From: Callorhinchus milii
Taxonomy: Eukaryota
Reading direction: 5' to 3'
Length of the DNA stretch: 60,000 bases
Assembly: GCF_018977255.1 (NCBI RefSeq)
Contig: NW_024704742.1
Location: forward strand, 137,456,001 to 137,516,000
The position numbers and the translations under genes were made by a program. Positions 1 through 9,900 of this stretch are shown in pieces. The notes beneath the pieces are model-generated. The model was not told the DNA's origin. It ran no database searches and worked only from the letters and a program-made list of their open reading frames with translations. Each line of letters begins with the position of its first letter. Positions within the stretch are counted from its first letter, which is position 1.

Positions 1-107
1 GGTGATGGAGGGGGGTGGGGGTAAGAGAGAGGAAAAAATATCAACCAGGATTCCAATTATCCTGAACCTCGTTGAAGCTGCACAGGTGCAGACAGGACCG
101 GGCTGTG

Positions 108-415
108 ATAATAATAATCCTTGCATTTGATATAGCGCTTTTCATGTCTTCTAGATGTCTCAAAGCGCTTCACAGAATAGACTCAAAAGTGAATTGACTG
201 TATATTTGTGGGCGAAACGCAGCAGCCAATTGCACACAGCAGTGTCCCACAAACAGTCGTGGATTGAAGTGACCAATTTATCATTGTTTTGTTTTGGAGG
301 GATTATTATCAGGTGTGTGGAGTCAGGAAACTTGCCCAAGGTTTCCCTGCCTGGAATTGAACCCAGGTGTCTCGCTTGCAAGGCGAGTGCTCTAACCACT
401 GAGCTACAGGACTCC
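108..415 (-). mobile_element. tRNA(Ala)-derived Deu-type SINE, full length
   Basis: Head with A/B boxes (TAGCTCAGTGG, GTTCAATTCC), CTCGC/GCGAG anticodon stem with TGC, Deu-like core, (TTA)n tail. Confidence 0.9.
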
Positions 416-887
416 AAGTAGAGTTAGAGAGTTAGTGATAAGTAGAGTTAGAGAGTGATACCAGGCCACTTTGGTGTTTATACTCCACACAAGCCCCCAC
501 TACCCCCTCACTCGCATACACAGCAAGTTTTCTGCTAAGTACTGTACATTGAAGCTATTTACTTCACCCATGAATGCGACAGACAGAATCCTGTGTGTAC
601 CAGTGTCTACTTGACAATTTCAGAAAGAATAATATCGACTTGTCAAGTAACACAGTAAGACAGGCCATTTAATCACAGTGCATTCCATCGAGAGTGTCAG
701 AGAGAGAATTACACACCAAGTGTCTGACATCAATCTCGGCCTGTGTGTGTGTGTGTGTGTGTGGGGGGGGGAACGAGGGAGAGGAGGTACAATGGTCCAG
801 TCACCCAGCTTGGAGCAGAATCCTTCCTGATGAGACAACAGCTGAGAAGCCACGGTAACCGGGTACTGAGCTCTCCATTGCCTTCAT

Positions 888-944
888 CTAGGACACGAAG
901 GCCAGACTCTCCATCCTCTGGGAGATCAGCTCCTCCAGCTTCCT
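888..944 (-). CDS. HAUS1: HAUS1 exon 9 (terminal coding part)
   Basis: long (CT)n tract then acag|[21 protein letters not shown]; possible ATTAAA poly(A) signal at 668-673. Confidence 0.85.
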   Translation of the reverse strand, partial: RKLEELISQRMESLAFVS

Positions 945-3900
945 CTGTGGGAGAGAGAGAGAGAGAGAGAGAGAAAGATGGATGGGGAACAGGGTGGAAA
1001 AAAGAGGGGGAGAGAGGCTGTCAATCACTTTATAAGGGCCTCTACTCTACTTATCACTCTAACTCTACTTGGGAGTCCTGTAGCTCAGTGGTTAGAGCAT
1101 TCGCCTTGTGAGCGAGACACCTGTGTTCAATTCCAGGCAGGGAGAAACCTTGGGCAAGTTTCCTTACTCCACACTCCTAATTCCTGGGTCCCTCCCACTT
1201 TCACTTCCCACTTCAATTCTGGCCTCTTTGACCGAACTTCCGGTTATCTTTACCCCCTGCACCCCACCCCCCGTAAGTTGTTGCTCACATTCCTCTCTTA
1301 ATCCAAATTCAAATTGATCGCCACCCATTTACGGGGCTATCACTGGCAGATCAGCTGCAGAGTTCATCGGTATAACATTCACTTCTCACTGTGCAATTTT
1401 AATCTGTAAAACACTTTAGGAAGTTCATTTGCGTGAAATGTTCTAAATAAAATGTACATTCTCGTCATGTTTGCAGGACATCGCTCTGCCCAATTGGTTG
1501 CCGTTTCGCTCACAAAATACAGTCAATCCACTTTACAATATATTTTATATATAGAAGACATGAAAAGCGTAATATAAAATGCAAGGATTATTATTATGTG
1601 ATTTGAGACGTCTGATAAAGCCCTATGTCAAATGCAAAGATTATTATATTATTGGACTTCAGTGATTGTCATCCCTCCCATTCAGCTCTATAGATATTGC
1701 TAAACATTGGGATTTGGGGTTAGCACTTACCAGCTCCAGCTTGGCTTCCTCAATCTTCACTTTGGCCAACATGGGGTCCTGCAGAGACATCGCAGACACA
1801 GGAAGTCATTTTCACAGCCGCCACCAACACGTGAAGCGAGAGGATCAGACTCTCCTCACTGTATTTACACAACACCCTTCACATGGGGCAGCTTCTCGCA
1901 GTGCTTAACAGTGGTGGAGTCTGATGCCGAACTGGGGGCGGGGGGGAGGGGGGTGAAAAAAGGAGGTGACGATAATCACAGTCAAAGAGGGAGGTATTCA
2001 GATGTGATCTAAAAGAGGGGAAGGAGGGGGCAAGGTGGAGGGATTGAGGGAGAGAGTTCCAAAGCTTTACGCTGTAGTGGCTGAAAGTTTGGTCGTTGAT
2101 GGTGGAGCAAAAGGGGAAGAGGGACAAACAGAAGGCCAGAGCCAGCCGAGCGGAGGCAGCGGAAGTGGAGTGAGGATATTATAGGTCGGAAAGGTTGGGA
2201 GGTGCATGAAGGGATTTGTAGAAGAGTGACAGGATCTAAAAGGTCGAGTAGTGAAGTAATCGAGGCGTTTGAGATAACGAAAAGATTTGAGATAATTGCA
2301 AAAAGCAACTCAGAGGAGACCTTCGTCTCACTCCCTCCCTTCCCATTTTCAGGTCTCTGCTGAAGACCTTTCTTTTCGACCGCGCCTTTGGTCACCTTCC
2401 TCCCCCTCCCCCCGGCTCGACCCCAGGATCCATTACTGTAAAGCTCCGAGACGCCGTCCGGCGTGGAGGGCGCTATATAAATCCAAGTTTTTGTTGTTGT
2501 GAAAGAGCTGTATAAAATTTTAAATGGGATTGAGAAAGTAAACCCTGAACATTACTTTAAGAAGCACTGAGACCGTGGAACAAAAGGACATGGGTTAGAG
2601 TTGTAAAGTGTCATTTTAGGACAGACATCAGGAAGTTTGCCAGGGTTGCCAGGGGTTAAGGTCAGGACACTGGGACCCAAGTAAAAATAAAACAGCTGGA
2701 TCCTGTGATGGGAGGACAGTGAGGAGGGAATTACACCCCCACCCATCCATCACCACCTTCACCTCCACCTCCGCTGACCCCCACCAATAAGGTCCCAAAC
2801 AGGAACAAGGAACATACAGGCACCAGGTCCAGGTAGGAGTTCAGTTTTGCCTTCATTGGAGCCACTTCCTTTTTCAACTTGGTCAGCTTCTGTAAACAAA
2901 CCATCACAGTAAATCAGCCGGGCTCACTCGTTCATTCACTTACTGGCTCAGTCGCTCACTCGCTCATTCGTGTCTCTGGCTCAGACTTTGAGCTCACAGT
3001 CCAGGCTGACCCTCCAGTGTATTACTGAGGAGCACTCCGATATCAGAGGCGCTGTCATTCGGCCGAGATTTAAACCTGGCCCCTGTTTATGTTTGTTCGG
3101 ATGGACTTTAAAGATCCTATGGGACTATTAGAAAAGCAAAGGGAGATTCTGAGTGCGACACAGAAACTCCCTTCTCTTATCGTTAGTGGCATGGGATCTT
3201 TAATGTCCACCCGAACAGCAAATGTGCAGTCAATACTCTTGTGAGGCACTTGGCAAGGCACTTATAAAGATGCAAGTTCTTTTTTCATAATGCTATTTTT
3301 TTAAAAAAAATTCTAGTCTCTCCCGGACAGCAATTGGCAGGGTCACTGAGTGCTGAACGGCTGCTTTCATGGAGTTCCATAGTGTAGTGGTTGGTGCACT
3401 CGCCTCGTAAGCAAGAGGACCCAGATTCGATTTCCGAGCAAGTTTCGTTACTTGTTCTTAGACAAGTTCCGTTACTCCATAGCCTGTGTTTACTTAGCAG
3501 TAAGTGGGAACCTGGTCATTAGTCGATTGTCGGATCACTTTCTGGGGGTTATAATCTTCCCCCCATTGAAATAAAAAAAGTGGTCACTCAATCCACGACT
3601 GTTTGTGGGACACTGCTCTGCGCAATTGGCTGCCGAGTTTCTCCCACAAAATACACAGTCAATCCACTTTACAATACAGTCTGTGAAGCGGTTTGAGTCA
3701 TCTCAACGACGTGATATCAAGTATAAGGATTATTATTATTATTCACTGACCTCAGAGAGTTCCAGCAGGGCATGGTGCTCTAGCTCAGGCTGGTAACCAG
3801 CCTCCAGTAGCTGACGCTGAAGAGAAAAGTTTCAATAAGAGAAAGAATTCAGAACAGCATCCAGTCTCTTGTTCATCCCTTCACTCTAGTTCCCTCACAT

Positions 3901-6900
3901 CACCAGGTTCAGTCAATCCTCCTGACCAGCACTCTGTGTCACTAACCAGTCTTTACTGATGTTCCTCCAACTCCCTCACTCCTCCCAGATACAGTTTTGT
4001 AACCCAGATCATTGCTAGTGACTGCCAGGCCAGCTTGGCTCATCGGTAGGATTTAGAAGGGCAGACCAGTCACTGGGAGCAGTAATCCTCCTGCTCAGCT
4101 CCTGGTAACCATGCAAGCCAAAGCCTCAGTGGCTTAGTGGACAAACAGTCGGAAAACTTACCAGCAAGCTATGTGTTTTAGCTGGTTAGGCTCCAGCAGT
4201 TACCCCCTCATTCCGACTGTGTCTCTACTGATGTCCCCCAGCTCCCTCGCAATGTTAGCTCAGTCGCTTTCTCCAGTTGACTGCGGGCGAGGCAAGTGGG
4301 AACTCACCTCAGAAAACTTCTGCTGTTTTTTCCATTCTTTCATCTTCTTGGTAAAGAAATCCATGTTTTGTTTGTTATTCTCAGCTTTGGCTATCGCCCC
4401 AGGAAGTTCCTCCTCAACATTCCTCAAATCTCTGAACAAGAGACCAAACGTTACAGTGAAATCTCAAGGGAAGCATCTGTGGACCTTCTCCATCCATCCA
4501 CACTCCCAGGTCAGGGTTAAAGACACAATATAGCTCCCTCTACACTGTCCATCCACACTCCCAGGTCAGATACAGCACATAAAAAAGACAAAACTCCCTC
4601 TACACTGTCCACCCAGCACTCCTAAGTTAGTGACAGAATAGGTTAGAGACAAAATAAAGCTTCCCCTACGCTCTACACTCATCACTCTATATCTTTTCCA
4701 CTGCACTTTCAGCCACCGCTCCTCCCTCCAGTGTGTGAAGAGCTTTGAAACCACCACCCGATGAAAGTAAATTGAGATGTGCGTGTGGCTGCAGTACCAG
4801 CCAATCATCACCAGAGGTCCTTGGGAAGCTATGGTACCTCTCCATTTAGTGGCGAGAACCTGGTCAATTCAGCAGATAAACAATAACAACAAACATTGTA
4901 CTTGATGCACCGCCTGTAACATACAAATATCACCAAGAGACGCACAGGTAGTGGTTGTCAACTGCAGAGACTGTGTATTCAAACACTGGAACTGCAGTAG
5001 AAAGCTAGATACCCGCAGGTGGGTGAGGAATTTTCTGGGGGTTCAGCTGCGTGGAAACCCGTCACCGTGCTTAAAAGTATCCAACCCAAACTTGTGCATC
5101 CCCCCCACACATGGAAATAGATTGTTGGAATGCAGATTCTCTCTCTGGAGGGGATCGTCCTGTTTGTGGGGCACTGCTGTGTGCAACTGGCTGCCGCGTT
5201 TCGCCCACAAACATACGGTCAACTCACTTCACAGCCTATTCTGTGAAGCTTTGAGACGTCTAGAGGACGTGAAAAGCGCTATATCAAATGCTGCTGGAGC
5301 CTAACCAGCGAAGGCTGCATAGCTCGGCCATTGAGAGCGCTGTCTGGCAGCTTTCCCGCTTCTTGTTCAGCTAGGACCACCCTACCCGTCAGGGCTTTGG
5401 CTTGCAGGGTTAACGGGAACTGAGTGGGAGGATTCCCTGCTCCCAGTGGGAAAAGGCTCCACTGTGTTTAAGCAGATGTATGGACACGGCATGCCCCAAT
5501 GGATGTTCATCATTAAGTGTGCGATCTCCTGGTGGCTAATGGTGTCCCCAGTCCTGCCCTGGATTGCTCCGACCACGGGGGCGAATGCCATTTGGTGCCA
5601 TTAGTACTATAGGCACGACCGTCTACACTGCCCCCACATTGCTCTGCACATTGCCACGGTGACCATGGCTCCCCGCACTCACTCCTCCAGCAACTGCTCC
5701 AGGACCATCTTGTCCGTCAGTTTCTTTGACAACGCCTTGACCTCCAGCTCCTGGGCTCGGCTCTCAGCCGCCGTCAACTCAGACGTCAAACTGTTTATCG
5801 CCAACACAAAGCTAGAGAGTGGGAGGAAAGACAGGGATAACATGGTTGATTACGACCTCAACTTCTCCCACCTCAACTGAAAATATTCCCAATCCGTTTT
5901 CCTTACACCACTGTCCAAGTTAATAAGTGCTTTTCAGTGCTGTGGCCCGGACAGTCAATGTATTCCTTCTATTTGATATACAGAATGTGCTGTACAAATG
6001 TAACAGAATTACATTTGTACAGCACCTTTGTATTGTATTTGTATTACAATTCACATTGGGAGGATGTCCCAAGGCACTGGACAATCAGTGTTTCGGAACC
6101 GAGCTGGGGGTTGGGATTGGAGGATGCAGTGCAGGGGGAAGTAGGGAGATCGAAAGCAGGATTGAAGAGGAAGGTCTTGAGATGGGTTTTGAAGGAGGCA
6201 AGAGAGGGGGGGGGTGAGGTGGAGGGTCTGAGGGATAGAGTTCCAGAGTGTGGCTGAAGGTCTGACCGCCCGCCAATGGTAGGAATATGAAGCAGGCCAG
6301 AGCCCGCTAGACGGCGGGACTGGGCAAGTCGGTAGGGAGTTAGGTCACAGAGGTAGGGGGGAGCGAGGCCGTGGAGGGCTTTGAAGGCGAGGACCAGGAT
6401 CTTTTGAACTGTATCCTCTGCGTGATGGGAATCCAGTGGAGTCGGGCGAGGATGGTGATAGGGTTACAGGGTCTGGCGCGGGAGAGGACTCAGGCTGCAG
6501 AGTTCTGAACGTTTTGGAGGGACAATTGCGGAGGCCAACAAGCATGGAGTTTTCACAGTTAAGCATGGATGTTATGAATGTATGAGGGTTTCGGCAGCCT
6601 GTGAGGTGTGGGGTAGAAAGGATAGTTGAGGGTCAAGTAAGATGCCAAGGTTCCGGACTGGGTTAGCAAGGTGGAGTGCCCATCCTTGGATGGTGATGCT
6701 GTCAGCGCCTAATGTGTGGATGGGAGACAATCAGGAGAGCCTTGGTCTTGTTGACACTCAACTGGAGCTACAGGCGTGTAGTCCTGTAGCTCAGTGGTTA
6801 GAGCACTCGCTTTGCAAGCGAGAGACCTGAGTTCAATTCCAGGCAGAGGGCGAAACCTTGGGCAAGTTTCCTTACTCCACACAGAGCCTAATAATAATCC

Positions 6901-9900
6901 CTCCAAAACCAAAAACAATAATAAATTGGTCATTTTCAATCTACAACTGTTTGTGGGACATTGCTGTACGCAATTGGCTGCCGCGTTCACCCACAAATAT
7001 ACAGTCAATTCACTTTACAGTGTGTTCTGTGAAGCGCTTTGGGACATCCTCCCGACGTAAAAAGCGGTATATCAGATGCAAGGATTATTATTATTATTAA
7101 CTGTAGGAAGTTCATCCAGTACATGACGTCTGACAGACATTCTATCTGGAAAGCAGTGGGTCCTGGAGTCAAGGGTGGAGGGAGAGAGAGAGATAGAGTT
7201 GGGTGTCATCCGCACATATGTGGAAGTTGACCCCTTGTCTGCGGATGATGTCACCAAGAGGGAGCATATAGATATTAAAAAGGAGGGGACCAAGGACAGA
7301 GCCCTGAGGAACACCACACGAGATGGTGCAGGGCTTAGAGAAGAAAAAACTGTTTGCGGAGATGAAGCGGAAACGGTGTGAGAGGTACAATCTGAACGAA
7401 TCGCGACTCCCAGCTCGGGTCCAAAACACTGACCGTTCAGCGCCTTGGGACGTGCTCCCAACATGGAAGGCAATATACAAATGTAACTTTGTTGTTGTTG
7501 AACCATTTCATGAAGGTTGATAGAGTGGTCAACTGTATCGAAGGCAGCAGAGGTATCAAGGAGAACGAGGAGGCAGAGGGAGCTCTGGTCGCAGATGAAC
7601 AGAATGTCATTTGTCACTTTGACCAGAGCGGTTTCTGTGCTGTGGGCGGGACGGAAATCCGAGTGAATAGCCCTTTATCATGTCATTGAGACTTCTCAAA
7701 GCGCTTTACAGAATATATTAAAGTGAATTAAGAACATAAGAATTAGGAGCAGGAGTAGGCCATTCGGCCCCTCGAGCCTGCCCCTTATCTTCGATAAGAT
7801 CATGGCTGATCTTCAGACCTAACTCTAATTACATGCCCTATCCCTTGAGTGTATATTTTGTAGGCGATGTCCTCCCAAAGTGTAAATGTAAATCTGCATT
7901 GTAATAATCTATACATTTGATATAGCACCTCATCACATCACCAAGAAGTCTCAAAGTGCTTCACAGGATCTACTGTGAAGCGTAGTGACTTTGTATTTTT
8001 GTAGTTGAGCCTATTTGTACAAAGCAATATCCCACAAACAGCCAGGATGTGAGTGACTGATTTTATCTGGGGGGTGGGGGATTGTTGGCCAGGACACTGG
8101 GATGTCTTTAACATCCTTCTTTAACGGCAGATGGGACTCGGTTTAACATCTCATCCAAAGCACGGCACCTCTGATAAAGCAGCGCTCCCCCAGGGCTGTG
8201 ATAAAATGTCAGCAATCTGAAAAATCCTAGCAGAGAGCATCGGCAACCACAAGGGGGAATAGCAGTCCTAATCCTGCCCTGGCCACTGGGGTGCTGGGGC
8301 AGGGAGGGCATACTTGGTTCGGAGCTGGGGTTGGGGGGTGTAGAAGGGGGGAGGGTACCTGGTTCGGGGGATGGGAAGAGAGGGGGGGGTCGACGGTACC
8401 TGGCTTGGGGGAGGGGGAGTGAAGATACCTGATTTGGGGGAGGGGGAGGTGAGGGTACCTGATTTGGGAGAGGGGGAGATACCTGATTTGGGGGAGGGGG
8501 AGATACCTGATTTGGGAGAGGGGAGATACCTGATTTGGGGGAGGGGGAGATACCTGATTTGGGAGAGGGGGAGATACCTGATTTGGGGGAGGGGGAGATA
8601 CCTGATTTGGGGGAGGGGGAGATACCTGATTTGGGGGAGGGGGAGATACCTGATTTGGGGGAGGTGAGGATACCTGATTTGGGGGAGGTGAGGGTACCTG
8701 ATTTGGGGGAGGTGAGGGTACCTGATTTGGGGGAGGTGAGGGTACCTGATTTGGGGGAGGTGAGGGTACCTGATTTGGGGGAGGTGAGGGTACCTGATTT
8801 GGGGGAGGTGAGGGTACCTGATTTGGGGAAGAGGGAGGGGAGGTTACCTGGTTCGGGAGGTGTCCTTCAGATCGAGGGCCAGGCTGCAGTCCACCAGGCT
8901 GTTGAGGAGGCTGGAGCCGCTGCTGGACAGGCTGTTTGTGGTCAGCCCCAGGCTCTCCTCCAGCACCTCCTGCATGTGGCTGGCTGCAACAGGTCACAGT
9001 CAGCTTACACCGCAGGTACCCCACTTCACAGTTCAACCCCTTCGCCCCTCACATACCCCTCAGCCCAACCCCTCAACTCAGGCACTCATACCCCACCCGC
9101 CAGCCATGCCACGCACAACCGCCCACACATTAGAACTGCCAGGCAAAAGAAGACCAAGGTCCATCCAGTTCACCTTCCACCATCCTGGCATTCGATTACG
9201 AAGCTACATATCCCGAACCATATACCGTATCCCCAAATAATCAGAGCATAACACACTCACACACCATCAGTGCCTGAGCTGCAGACTCTCTGAGCGGGTT
9301 GCTCTGTGCGGGGTGGCATTAACCTCCAGCCTGGCACTGACCTTCGGCCTGATACTCTTTTGTTTTCTGCCGCACATCCTCGAGCAGTTGGCGGCCGTGG
9401 TTGTCACGTTCCCTGTTTATCTCCATCAGGCGGCGCAGCACGTCCGTGGTCCAGGCATTCACTTCATAGAACGGCACCTGCTCGTCCACAAACAGGTCTG
9501 ACAGCGACATGTACACCTACCGCCAGAATACACATCATTAGCCACAGCCTGTCCCCCCCCCCTCACCACCACTATCGCAACCCACCCCAGCCCTAGCCAC
9601 CGCCTTCTGTAGCAGAAATTGCTCCACGCTGCAATTTGAAGACAGCAGGGTGGGTGTCCTGGAAAGATAAGAGCAGATTAGCCGAAGTTTGACAAGATTG
9701 TTTCATCCAAAGCAATCTTTTGAAATTTTTCAGGCGAGGGAGGAGGCAGGTTTGTAAAATTTTCTTCCCACCCAAAAACACTCCATCAACCATTAAATCT
9801 GTCAAACCATCCTTTGGATGAGACATTAAACCGAGATCCCATCTGCCTGTTCTGGTGAATGTTATAATAATATAATAATCCTTGCATTTGATACAGCGCT

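Noticed and set aside
8227..9251. Pro-rich 269-aa and Gly/Glu-rich 238-aa ORFs
   Set aside because: Arise from the 24-bp minisatellite; the real coding part is HAUS1 exon 3 in another frame.
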